Shown here: positions 1-14,600 of the stretch, piece by piece
How positions within the stretch are numbered: position 1 is the first letter of the stretch
How the letters are laid out: each line of letters starts with the position of its first letter
Origin: the human T2T-CHM13v2.0 reference genome, Homo sapiens
Length of the DNA stretch: 64,000 nt
NCBI GenBank assembly: GCA_009914755.4
Contig: CP068257.2
Coordinates: 6,816,001-6,880,000 of the forward strand
Direction of reading: 5' to 3'
Program-made: the position numbers and the translations under genes
The notes under the pieces: generated by a model
Databases searched by the model: none
Seen by the model: only the letters and a program-made list of their open reading frames with translations
Told to the model about the DNA's origin: nothing

Positions 1-794
1 ATATAATGGAATGGAATGGAAGGGAATGGAATCAACCCAAGTGCATTGGAATGGAATGGAATGCAACGGAATCAACCCGAGAGTAATGGAATGGAAAGGA
101 ATGGAATGGAATGGAAAGAAATGGAATGGAATCAACCCGACAGGAATGGAATGGAATGGTATGGAATCAAACCGAGTGGAATGGAATGGAATGGAATGGA
201 ATGGAATGGAATGGAATGGAATGGAATGGAATGGAATGGAATTTAATGGAGTGCTATGGAATCAACCCGAGTGGAATGGAATGGAATGGAATGGAATGGA
301 ATGGAATGGAATGGAATGGGATGGAATGGAATGCAATGGAATGGAATGGAATGGAATGGAATGGAATGGAATGAACCCGAATGGAATGGAATGGAATGGA
401 ATTGAATGGATTGCAATGGAATGGAATTGATTCAACCCGAGTGGAATGGAATGGAATCGAGTGGAGTTGAATGGAATGGAGTGGAATGGAATGGAATGGA
501 ATGGAATGAAATAAACCCGAATGGAATGGAATGGAATGGAATGGAATGGAATGGAATGGAATGGAAAGGAATCAACCCGAGTGGAGTGGAATGGAATGGA
601 ATTTCATGAAATGGAATGGAATGGAATGGTATGGAATAAACACGACTGGAATGGTATGGAATGGAACGGAATGGAATGGAATAAAATGGAATGGAATGGA
701 ATGGAATCAACTCGAGTGAAATGGAATGGAATGAAATGGAATGGAAAGGAATGTAATCAACCGGAGTGGAGTGGAATGGAATGGAGTAGAATGG

Positions 795-3700
795 AATGGA
801 ATGGAATGGAATGGAATGGAATGGAATGGAATGGAATGCAATGGAACACAACAAAATGGAAAAAACCCGAGTGGAATGGCATGGAATGGAAAGGACTTGA
901 ATATAATGGAATGGATTGGTATCATCCCGATTAGAAATTAATGGAATGGAATGGAATGGAAAGGAATGGAATGGAATGGAACCTACACAAGTGGAATGGA
1001 ATGAAATGGAAATAAATGGAATGGAATAGAATGGAAAGGAATGGAACGGAATGGAATGGAATGGAATGGAATCTACACGAGTGGAATGGAATGGAATGGA
1101 ATTTAATGGAATGGAATGGAATAGAATGGTATGGAATCAACCCGAGTGGAATGGTAAAGAATGCAATGTAATGGAACGGAATGGAATGGAATAAAATGGA
1201 ATGGAATGGAATGGAAACAACCCGAGTTGAATGGAATGGAATGGAATAACCGGAGAGGAATGGAATGGAATGCAGGGTAATGGAATGGAATAGAATGGAA
1301 TGGAATGGAATGGAATAGAATGAAATGGAAAGGAATGGAATAGAAACAACCCGAGTGGAATGGAATGGAATGGAATCCACCCGAGTGGAATGGAATGCAA
1401 TGGAATTGAACGGAATATAATGGAATTGAATAGAATCATCCTGAGTGGAATGGAATGGTATCTAATGCAATGGAGTGGAATGGAACAGAACTGAATGGGA
1501 TGGAAAGAATAGATTGAATCCAAGTGGAATTGAATGGAATGAAATGGATTCGAAAGGAATGGAATGGATTGGAATGGATTGGAATGGAAAGGAATGGATT
1601 CAACCCGAGTGGAATGTAATGGATTGGAATGGAGTGGAATGGAATGGAATGGAATCAACACGAATGGAATGGAACGGAATGGAATGGAATGGTATGGAAT
1701 GAAATAGAAAGGAACGGAATAGAATCAACCAAAGTGGAATGGAATGGAATGGAATGGAAGGGAATCAACACGAGTGGAATTGAATGGAAAGGAATGCAAT
1801 GGAATGGAATGGAATGGAATGGAATGGAATGGAATGGAATTCAATGGAATCAACCCGAGTGGAATGGAATGCTATGGAATGCAATGGAATGGAGTGGAAC
1901 AGAACGGAATGGAATTGCATGGAATTGATTGAATCCGAGTGGAATTGAACGGAAGGGAATGCATTGGAATGGAATGGAAAGGATTCAACCCGAGTGGAAT
2001 GTAATGGAATGGAGTGGAGTGGAATGGAATGGTATGGATTGGAATGGAATGGAATGGAATGGAATCAACACAAAGGGAATGGAATGGAATGGAATAGAAT
2101 GGAAAGGAATGGAATGGAATGGTATGGAATGTAATGTAATGGAATGGAATGGAATGAAATGGAATCAACCGGAATGGAATGGAATGGAATGGAATGGAAA
2201 TGAATCAAACCGAGTGGAATGGAATGGAATGGAATGGAAACAATGCCATGCAATGGTATCAACGGGAATGGAATGCATTGGAATGGAATGGAATGGAATC
2301 ACCCTGAGTGGATAGGAAAGGAATGGAAGGGAATGGAAAGGAATGGAATGGAATGGAAACTAATGGAAGGGAATGGAAACAACCCGAGTGGAATGGAATG
2401 GAATGGAATGGAATGGAATGGAATGGAATGGAATGGAATACAACAAAATGGAAACAACCCGAGTGGAATGGCATGGAATGGAAAGGACCTGAATATAATG
2501 GAATGGATTGGAATCAACCCGATTAGAAACTAATGGAATGGAATGGAATGGAATGGAATGGAATGGAATGGAATGGAATGGATTGGAATTTACCCGAATG
2601 GAATGGAATGTAATGAAATTAAATGGAATGGAAAGGAATGGAAAGGAATGGAATGGAATCTACACGAGTGGAATGGAATTGAATTGAATTTAATGGAATT
2701 GAACGGAATACAATGATATGGAATCAACCCGTGTGGAATGGTATAGAATGTAATGTAATGGAATGGAATGGAATAAAATGGAATGGACTGGAATGGAAAC
2801 AAAACGAGTGGAACGGAATGGAATAACCTGAGAGGAATGGAATGGAATGGAGTGGAATGGAATGGAATAGAATGGAATGGAATGGAATGGAATAGAATGA
2901 AATTGAAAGGAATGGAATGGAAACAACCCGTGTGGAATGGAATGGAAAGGAATCAACCTGAAGGGTATGGAATGGAATGGAATGGAATGGAATGGAATGG
3001 AATGGAATGGAATCAACCAGAGTGGAATGCAATGGAATGAAATGGAATTGAAATGAATGGAATGGAACGGAATGGAACGGAACGGAATTGAATCGAATGG
3101 AATCAACCCAAATTGAAAGGAATGGAATGGAATGGACTGGAATGGAATGGAATGGAATGGAATGGATTGGAATGGATTCAACACAAATGGAATGGAATGG
3201 AACGGAATGGAATAGAATGGAAAGGAGTGGAATGCAATTGAATGGAATGAAATGGAATAAACCCGAATGGAATGGAATGGAATGGAATGGAATGGAATTG
3301 AGTGGAATGGAATAAACACCAGTGGAATGAAATGGAATGGAATGGAATGGAATGAAATCAACACGAGTAGAACGGAACGGAATGGAATGGAATGGAAAGG
3401 AATGGAATCAACTGGAATGGAATGAAATGGAATGGAATGGAGTGGAATGTAATGGAATGCAATGGAATCAACAAGAGTGAAATGCAAAGGAATGGAATGG
3501 AATGGAATGGAATGGAATGGAATGGAATACAACAAAATGGAAAGAACTCGAGTGGAATGGCAAGGAATGGAAAGGACTTGAATAAAATGGAATGGATTGG
3601 AATCAACCCGATTAGAAACTAGTGGAAAGGAATGGAATGGAATGGAATCTGCCCGAGTGGAATGGAATGGAATGGAATTGAATGGAATGGAATGGAGTGG

Positions 3701-6700
3701 AATAGAATAGAATGGAATGGAATGGAACGGAATGGAAGGGAATTGAATGGAATAGAATGGAATCGAATCTACCCGAGTGGAATGGAATGGAAAGGAATTT
3801 AATGGAATGGAAAGGAATGGAATGGAATGGAATGGAATGGAATGGAATGGAATGGAATGGAATAAACACCAGTGGAATGAAATGGAATGGAATGGAATGG
3901 AATGCAATGGAATGGAATGGAATGGAGTGGAATGGAATAAACACCAGTGGAATGAAATGGAATGGAATGGAATGGAATGCAATGGAATGGAATGGAATGG
4001 AATGGAATGGAATGGAATGGAATGGAAACTACTGGAATGGAATGGAAACAACCCGAGTGGAATGGAATGCAATGGAATGGAATGGAATGGAATGACACGG
4101 AATGGAATGGAATGGACTGGAATGGAATTTAAAGGAATGGAATGGAATCAACCCGACTGGAATGGAATGGAATGTAAAGCAGTGAATGGAATGTAATGGA
4201 ATGAAATGGAATGGAATGGAATGGTATGCAATGCAGTGGAATGGATTTGAATGGAATGGAACGGAACGGAACGGAATGGAATGGAATGGAATGGAATGGA
4301 ATGGACACCAATGGAATGGAATGGAATGGAATGGAATTGAATGGAATGGAATGGAATGGATTGGAATGGATGGGAATGGAATGGAACGGAATTAACCGGA
4401 GTGGAATGCAATGGAATGGAATGGAGTGGAATGGAATCAACCCGAGTGGAATGGAATGGAATGGAATGGAATGGAATGGAATGGAATGGAATGGAATCAA
4501 CACGAATGGACTGGAACGGAATGGAATGGAATGGAATGGAATGGAATGGAATGGAATGGAATGGAATGGAATAGTATGGTATGGAATGAAATGGAAAGGA
4601 ACAGAATGGAATCAACCCAAGTGGAGTGGAATAGAATGGAATGGAAGGGAATCAATACGAGTCAAATGGAATGGAGTGGAATGCAATGGAATGGAATGGA
4701 ATGAAATGAAATGGAATGTAATGGAATGGAATGGAATTCAAGGGAATCAATCCGAGTGGAATGGAATGGTATGGAATGCAATGGAATGGAGTGGAACAGA
4801 ACGGAATGGAATGGAATGGAATTGATTGAATCCGAATGGAATTGAATGGAAGGGAATGCATTGGAATGGAATAGAAAGGATTCAACCCGAGTGGAAAGTA
4901 ATGGATTGGAATGGAATGGAAAGGAATAGAATGGAATCAACACAAATGGAATGGAATGGAATGGAATGGAAAGGAATGGATTGCAATGGAATGGAATGGA
5001 ATGGAATGGAATGGAATGCAATGCAATGGAATGGAATGGAATGCAATGCAATGGAATGGAATGGAATAAACCCGAATGGAATGGAATGGAATGGAATGCA
5101 ATGCCATGGAATGGAATGGAATGGAGTGGAATGGAATAAACAGAAGTGGAATGAATTGGAATGGAATGAAATGGAATGGAATGGAATGGAATGGACTGGA
5201 ATGAAATAAACCCGAGTAGAATGGAACGGAATGGATTGGAATGGAAAGGAATTGAATAAACTGGAATGGAATGAAATGGAATGGAAGGGAGTGGAATGGA
5301 ATGGAATACAATGGAATCAACACGAGTGGAATGCAATGCAACGGAAGGGAAAGGAATGGAATGGAACGGAACCAACCCGAGTGGAGTGGAATAAAGTGGA
5401 ATGGAATGGAGTATGATCAACCTGAGTGGAACGGAATGCAATGGAATGGAATGGAATGGAATGGTTTCAACCAGAGTGGAATGGAATGGAATGGAATGGA
5501 ACGGAATGGAATGCAATGGATGTAACTGGAATGGAATGGAATGGAATGGAATGGAATGGAATGGAATGGAATGGAACGGAATCAACATGAGTCAAATGGA
5601 ATGGAATGGAATGGAATGGAATGGAGTCAACACGAATGGACTGGAACGTAATGGAATGGAATGGAATGGAATGGTATGGTTTGGAATGAAATGGAAAGGA
5701 ACGGAATGGAATCAACCCAAGTGGAGTGGAATAGAATGGAATGGAAGGGAATGAAGACGAGTCAAATGGAATGGAATGGAATGCAATGGAAAGGAAAGGA
5801 ATGCAATGAAATGGAATGGAATGGAATGGAATGGAATGCAATGGAATGGAATGGAATTCAGTGAAATGGAATGGAATAGAATGGAATGGAATAGAATGGA
5901 ATCTACTGTAATGGAATGGAAACAACCAGAGTGGAATGGAATGGAATGGAATGGAATGGAATGGAATGGAATGGAATGGAAAGGAACGGAATGTAAAGGA
6001 ATGGAATGGAATCAACCCGACTGGAATGGAATGGAATGGAAAGGAATGAATGGAATGAATGGAATGGAATGGAATGGAATGGAATGGAATGGAATTGTAT
6101 GGAATACAATGATATGGAATTGAATGGAATGGAACGGAATGGAACGGAATGGAATGGAATGGACCCCAATGGAATGGAATGGAATGGAATGGATTGGAAT
6201 GGAATGGAACGGAATTAACCCGAGTGGAATGGAATGGAATGGAATGGAGTGGAATGGAATGGAATGGAATGGAATGGAATGGAATGGAATGGAAAGGAAT
6301 CAACCCGAGTGGAATGCAATGAAATGGAATGCAATGGAATGGAATGGTATGGAATCAACCCTAGTGAAATGGTATGGAATGGAATGGAATGGAACAGAAT
6401 GGAATGGAATCATCCCGAATGGAATGGAAAGGAATGGAGAGGAATGGTACGGTATGGAATGGAATGGAAAGGAATCAACCCGAAGGTTATGGAATGGAAT
6501 GCAATGGAATGGAATGGGATCAACCCGAGTGGAATGCAATCGAATAAAATGGAATGGAATGAAACGGAAAGGAACGGAATGGAACGGAATTGAAAGGAAT
6601 GGAATCAAACCGAGTGGAAAGGAATGGAATGGAATGAAATGCAATGGTGTGGAATGGAACGGATAGGAATAACATGCAATCGACTTTAGTGGAATGGTAT

Positions 6701-8600
6701 GGAATGGAATAATATGCAATCAACTTTGGTGGAATGGTATGGAATGGAATGGAAAGGAATGGAATGGAATGGAATAAAAGGGCATGGAATGGAATGAAAT
6801 CAACCCGAATGGAATGGAACGGAATGGAGTAGAATGGTATAGAATGGAATGGAATGGAAAGGAATCAACCTGAAGGGTATGGAATGGAATGGAATGGAAT
6901 GGAATTGAATTGAATGGAATGGAATGGAATCAACCAGAGGGGAATGCAATGAAATGAAATGGAATGGAATGGAACGGAAAGCAACGGAACGGAACGGAAT
7001 TGAATGGAATGGAATGAACCCGAGTGGAAAGGAATGGAATGGAATGGAATGGAATGGAATAACATGCAATCAACTTTGGTGGAATGGTATGGAATGGAAT
7101 GGAATGGAATGGAATCGAATGGAATGGAATCAACCCGAGTGGAATGCAATGGAATGAAAAGGAATGGAATGGAACGGAACGGAACGGAACGGAACGGAAT
7201 TGAATGGAATGGAATCAACCCGAGGGGAAAGGAATGGAATGGAATGGAATGGAATGGAATGGAATGGAATGGAATGGAATGGAATAAAAGGGCATGGAAT
7301 GGAATGGAATCATCCCGAGGGGAATGGAATGGAATGGAATGGAATGAAATGGAAATGAATCAAACCGAGTGGAATTTAATGTAATATAATGTAATGGAAT
7401 GGAATGGAAACAATGCAATGCAATGATATCAACTGGAATGGAATGCATTGGAATGGAATGGAATGGAATCACCCTGAGTGGAAAGGAATAGAATGGAATG
7501 GAAAGGAATGTAATGGAATGGAAACTAATGGAACGGAATGGAAACCACCAGAGTGGAATGGAATGCAATGGAATGGAATCGAATGGAATGGAATGGAATG
7601 GAATGGAATGGAATGGAATGGAATACAACAAAATGGAAACAACCCGAGTGGAATGGCATGGAATGAAAAGGATTGAATATAATGGAATGGATTGGAATCA
7701 ACCCGATTAGAAACTAATGGAATGGAATGGAATGGAATGGAATGGAATGGAATGGAATGGAATGGAATCTAACCTAGTGGAATGGAAAGGAATGGAATTT
7801 AAAGAAATGAAATGGAATGGAATGGAACAGAATTGAATGGAATGGAATGGAATGGAATCTACCCGAGTGAAATGGAATGGAATGGAATTTAATGGAATGG
7901 AATGGTATAGAATGTAATGGAATCAACCCCAGTGGAATGGTATAGAATGTAATGTAATGGAATGGAATGGAATAAAATGGAATGGAATGGAAACAACCCG
8001 AGTGGAATGGAATGGAATAACCGGAGAGGAATGGAATGGAATGGAGTGGAATGGAATGGAATAGAATGGAATAGAATGGAATGGAATAGAATGAAATTGA
8101 AAGGAATGGAATGGAAACCACCCGAGTGGAATGGAATGGAATGGAATGGAATGCAATGGAAACATCCCGAGTGGAATGGAAAGGAATGGAATGGAACGGA
8201 ATATAATGGAATGGAATGGAAACATCCCGAGTGGAATGGAATGGTATGGAATGCAATTGAATGGTATGGAACAGAACGGAATGAAATGGAATGCAATAGA
8301 TTGCGAGTGGAATTGAATGGAATGGAATGGATTGGAATGGAATGGAAAGGATTGGAGTGGAATGGAATGGAATCAACAAGAATGGAATGGAAAGGAATGG
8401 AATGGAATGGAATGGAATGGAATGGAATGGAATGGAATGGAATGGAATGGTAAGGAACAGAATGGAAACAACCCGAGTGGAATGGAATGGAATGGACTGT
8501 AATCCACCCGAGTGGAATGGAATGTAATGGAATTGAACGGAATATAATGGAATTGAATGGAATCATCCCGAGTCGAATGGAATGGTATCTAATGCAATGG
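795..8600. repeat. HSat3 higher-order repeat copy 1 (~7.8 kb)
   Basis: It aligns to 8600-16480 at an offset of ~7805-7913 bp. For example 841-940 equals 8641-8740, and the 525-nt stretch 1137-1661 gives the same 174-aa artefact ORF as 8943-9467. The non-pentameric marker cccgattagaaa(c/t)ta(a/g)tgg occurs at 920, 2517, 3607 and 7697, and again at 8730, 10347, 11447 and 15610. Confidence 0.85.
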
Positions 8601-11600
8601 AATGGAATGGAATGGAATGGAATGGAATGGAATGGAATGCAATGGAACACAACAAAATGGAAAAAACCCGAGTGGAATGGCATGGAATGGAAAGGACTTG
8701 AATATAATGGAATGGATTGGTATCATCCCGATTAGAAATTAATGGAATGGAATGGAATGGAAAGGAATGGAATGGAATGGAACCTACACAAGTGGAATGG
8801 AATGAAATGGAAATAAATGGAATGGAATAGAATGGAAAGGAATGGAACGGAATGGAATGGAATGGAATGGAATGGAATCTACCCGAGTGGAATGGAATGG
8901 AATGGAATTTAATGGAATGGAATGGAATAGAATGGTATGGAATCAACCCGAGTGGAATGGTAAAGAATGCAATGTAATGGAACGGAATGGAATGGAATAA
9001 AATGGAATGGAATGGAATGGAAACAACCCGAGTTGAATGGAATGGAATGGAATAACCGGAGAGGAATGGAATGGAATGCAGGGTAATGGAATGGAATAGA
9101 ATGGAATGGAATGGAATGGAATAGAATGAAATGGAAAGGAATGGAATAGAAACAACCCGAGTGGAATGGAATGGAATGGAATCCACCCGAGTGGAATGGA
9201 ATGCAATGGAATTGAACGGAATATAATGGAATTGAATAGAATCATCCTGAGTGGAATGGAATGGTATCTAATGCAATGGAGTGGAATGGAACAGAACTGA
9301 ATGGGATGGAAAGAATAGATTGAATCCAAGTGGAATTGAATGGAATGAAATGGATTCGAAAGGAATGGAATGGATTGGAATGGATTGGAATGGAAAGGAA
9401 TGGATTCAACCCGAGTGGAATGTAATGGATTGGAATGGAGTGGAATGGAATGGAATGGAATCAACACGAATGGAATGGAACGGAATGGAATGGAATGGTA
9501 TGGAATGAAATAGAAAGGAACGGAATAGAATCAACCAAAGTGGAATGGAATGGAATGGAATGGAAGGGAATCAACACGAGTGGAATTGAATGGAAAGGAA
9601 TGCAATGGAATGGAATGGAATGGAATGGAATGGAATGGAATGGAATGCAATGGAATTCAATGGAATCAACCCGAGTGGAATGGAATGCTATGGAATGCAA
9701 TGGAATGGAGTGGAACAGAACGGAATGGAATTGCATGGAATTGATTGAATCCGAGTGGAATTGAACGGAAGGGAATGCATTGGAATGGAAAGGAAAGGAT
9801 TCAACCCGAGTGGAATGTAATGGAATGGAGTGGAGTGGAATGGAATGGTATGGATTGGAATGGAATGGAATGGAATGGAATCAACACAAAGGGAATGGAA
9901 TGGAATGGAATAGAATGGAAAGGAATGGAATGGAATGGTATGGAATGTAATGTAATGGAATGGAATGGAATGAAATGGAATCAACCGGAATGGAATGGAA
10001 TGGAATGGAATGGAATGGAATGGAATGGAATGGAATGGAAATGAATCAAACCGAGTGGAATGGAATGGAATGGAATGGAAACAATGCCATGCAATGGTAT
10101 CAACGGGAATGGAATGCATTGGAATGGAATGGAATGGAATCACCCTGAGTGGATAGGAAAGGAATGGAAGGGAATGGAAAGGAATGGAATGGAATGGAAA
10201 CTAATGGAAGGGAATGGAAACAACCCGAGTGGAATGGAATGGAATGGAATGGAATGGAATGGAATGGAATGGAATACAACAAAATGGAAACAACCCGAGT
10301 GGAATGGCATGGAATGGAAAGGACTTGAATATAATGGAATGGATTGGAATCAACCCGATTAGAAACTAATGGAATGGAATGGAATGGAATGGAATGGAAT
10401 GGAATGGAATGGATTGGAATTTACCCGAATGGAATGGAATGTAATGAAATTAAATGGAATGGAAAGGAATGGAAAGGAATGGAATGGAATCTACACGAGT
10501 GGAATGGAATTGAATTGAATTTAATGGAATTGAACGGAATACAATGATATGGAATCAACCCGTGTGGAATGGTATAGAATGTAATGTAATGGAATGGAAT
10601 GGAATAAAATGGAATGGACTGGAATGGAAACAAAACGAGTGGAACGGAATGGAATAACCTGAGAGGAATGGAATGGAATGGAGTGGCATGGAATGGAATA
10701 GAATGGAATGGAATGGAATGGAATAGAATGAAATTGAAAGGAATGGAATGGAAACAACCCGTGTGGAATGGAATGGAAAGGAATCAACCTGAAGGGTATG
10801 GAATGGAATGGAATGGAATGGAATGGAATGGAATGGAATGGAATCAACCAGAGTGGAATGCAATGGAATGAAATGGAATTGAAATGAATGGAATGGAACG
10901 GAATGGAACGGAACGGAATTGAATCGAATGGAATCAACCCAAATTGAAAGGAATGGAATGGAATGGACTGGAATGGAATGGAATGGAATGGAATGGAATG
11001 GAATGGATTGGAATGGATTCAACACAAATGGAATGGAATGGAACGGAATGGAATAGAATGGAAAGGAGTGGAATGCAATTGAATGGAATGAAATGGAATA
11101 AACCCGAATGGAATGGAATGGAATGGAATGGAATTGAGTGGAATGGAATAAACACCAGTGGAATGAAATGGAATGGAATGGAATGGAATGAAATCAACAC
11201 GAGTAGAACGGAACGGAATGGAATGGAATGGAAAGGAATGGAATCAACTGGAATGGAATGAAATGGAATGGAATGGAGTGGAATGTAATGGAATGCAATG
11301 GAATCAACAAGAGTGAAATGCAAAGGAATGGAATGGAATGGAATAGAATGGAATGGAATGGAATACAACAAAATGGAAAGAACTCGAGTGGAATGGCAAG
11401 GAATGGAAAGGACTTGAATAAAATGGAATGGATTGGAATCAACCCGATTAGAAACTAGTGGAAAGGAATGGAATGGAATGGAATCTGCCCGAGTGGAATG
11501 GAATGGAATGGAATTGAATGGAATGGAATGGAGTGGAATAGAATAGAATGGAATGGAATGGAACGGAATGGAAGGGAATTGAATGGAATAGAATGGAATC

Positions 11601-14600
11601 GAATCTACCCGAGTGGAATGGAATGGAAAGGAATTTAATGGAATGGAAAGGAATGGAATGGAATGGAATGGAATGGAATGGAATGGAATGGAATGGAATA
11701 AACACCAGTGGAATGAAATGGAATGGAATGGAATGGAATGCAATGGAATGGAATGGAATGGAGTGGAATGGAATAAACACCAGTGGAATGAAATGGAATG
11801 GAATGGAATGGAATGCAATGGAATGGAATGGAATGGAATGGAATGGAATGGAAACTACTGGAATGGAATGGAAACAACCCGAGTGGAATGGAATGCAATG
11901 GAATGGAATGGAATGGAATGACACGGAATGGAATGGAATGGACTGGAATGGAATTTAAAGGAATGGAATGGAATCAACCCGACTGGAATGGAATGGAATG
12001 TAAAGCAGTGAATGGAATGTAATGGAATGAAATGGAATGGAATGGAATGGTATGCAATGCAGTGGAATGGATTTGAATGGAATGGAATGGAACGGAACGG
12101 AACGGAATGGAATGGAATGGAATGGAATGGAATGGAATGGACACCAATGGAATGGAATGGAATTGAATGGAATGGAATGGAATGGATTGGAATGGATGGG
12201 AATGGAATGGAACGGAATTAACCGGAGTGGAATGCAATGGAATGGAATGGAGTGGAATGGAATCAACCCGAGTGGAATGGAATGGAATGGAATGGAATGG
12301 AATGGAATGGAATGGAATGGAATCAACACGAATGGACTGGAACGAAATGGAATGGAATGGATTGGAATGGAATGGAATGGAATGGAATGGAATGGAATGG
12401 AATGGAATAGTATGGTATGGAATGAAATGGAAAGAAACAGAATGGAATCAACCCAAGTGGAGTGGAATAGAATGGAATGGAAGGGAATCAATACGAGTCA
12501 AATGGAATGGAGTGGAATGCTATGGAATGGAATGGAATGAAATGAAATGGAATGTAATGGAATGGAATGGAATTCAAGGGAATCAATCCGAGTGGAATGG
12601 AATGGTATGGAATGCAATGGAATGGAGTGGAACAGAACGGAATGGAATGGAATGGAATTGATTGAATCCGAATGGAATTGAATGGAAGGGAATGCATTGG
12701 AATGGAATAGAAAGGATTCAACCCGAGTGGAAAGTAATGGATTGGAATGGAATGGAAAGGAATGGAATGGAATCAACACAAATGGAATGGAATGGAATGG
12801 AAAGGAATGGATTGCAATGGAATGGAATGGAATGGAATGGAATGGAATGGAATGGAAATGAAAGGAATGGAATGCAATGGAATGGAATGGAATGCAATGG
12901 AATGGAATGGAATGCAATGGAATGGAATGGAATGAAATGAAATAAACCCGAATGGAATGGAATGGAATGGAATGCAATGCCATGGAATGGAATGGAATGG
13001 AGTGGAATGGAATAAACAGAAGTGGAATGAATTGGAATGGAATGAAATGGAATGGAATGGAATGGAATGGACTGGAATGAAATAAACCCGAGTAGAATGG
13101 AACGGAATGGATTGGAATGGAAAGGAATTGAATAAACTGGAATGGAATGAAATGGAATGGAAGGGAGTGGAATGGAATGGAATACAATGGAATCAACACG
13201 AGTGGAATGCAATGCAACGGAAGGGAAAGGAATGGAATGGAACGGAACCAACCCGAGTGGAGTGGAATAAAGTGGAATGGAATGGAGTATGATCAACCTG
13301 AGTGGAACGGAATGCAATGGAATGGAATGGAATGGAATGGTTTCAACCAGAGTGGAATGGAATGGAATGGAATGGAACGGAATGGAATGCAATGGACGTA
13401 ACTGGAATGGAATGGAATGGAATGGAATGGAATGGAATGGAATGGAACGGAATCAACATGAGTCAAATGGAATGGAATGGAATGGAATGGAATGGAATGG
13501 AATGGAGTCAACACGAATGGACTGGAACGTAATGGAATGGAATGGAATGGAATGGTATGGTTTGGAATGAAATGGAAAGGAACGGAATGGAATCAACCCA
13601 AGTGGAGTGGAATAGAATGGAATGGAAGGGAATGAAGACGAGTCAAATGGAATGGAATGGAATGCAATGGAAAGGAATGGAATGCAATGAAATGGAATGG
13701 AATGGAATGGAATGGAATGCAATGGAATGGAATGGAATTCAGTGAAATGGAATGGAAAAGAATGGAATGGAATAGAATGGAATCTACTGTAATGGAATGG
13801 AAACAACCTGAGTGGAATGGAATGCAATGGAATGGAATGGAATGGAATGGAATGGAATGGAATGGAAAGGAACGGAATGTAAAGGAATGGAATGGAATCA
13901 ACCCGACTGGAATGGAATGGAATGGAAAGGAATGAATGGAATGGAATGGAATGGAATGGAATGGAATGGAATGGAATGGAATTGTATGGAATACAATGAT
14001 ATGGAATTGAATGGAATGGAACGGAATGGAACGGAATGGAATGGAATGGACCCCAATGGAATGGAATGGAATGGAATGGATTGGAATGGAATGGAACGGA
14101 ATTAACCCGAGTGGAATGGAATGGAATGGAATGGAGTGGAATGGAATGGAATGGAATGGAATGGAATGGAATGGAAAGGAATCAACCCGAGTGGAATGCA
14201 ATGAAATGGAATGCAATGGAATGGAATGGTATGGAATCAACCCTAGTGAAATGGTATGGAATGGAATGGAATGGAACAGAATGGAATGGAATCATCCCGA
14301 ATGGAATGGAAAGGAATGGAGAGGAATGGTACGGTATGGAATGGAATGGAAAGGAATCAACCCGAAGGTTATGGAATGGAATGCAATGGAATGGAATGGA
14401 ATCAACCCGAGTGGAATGCAATCGAATAAAATGGAATGGAATGAAACGGAAAGGAACGGAATGGAACGGAATTGAAAGGAATGGAATCAAACCGAGTGGA
14501 AAGGAATGGAATGGAATGAAATGCAATGGTGTGGAATGGAATGGAAAGGAATAACATGCAATCGACTTTAGTGGAATGGTATGGAATGGAATAATATGCA

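Noticed and set aside
2690-4072. Longest ORF in the window (460 aa, minus strand), and similar 200-330-aa ORFs (for example 31279-32277 +, 4662-5588 -)
   Set aside because: They are pure IPFHS/MEWNG iterations produced by translating (GGAAT)n. Stop codons are rare only because the pentamer lacks them in these frames.
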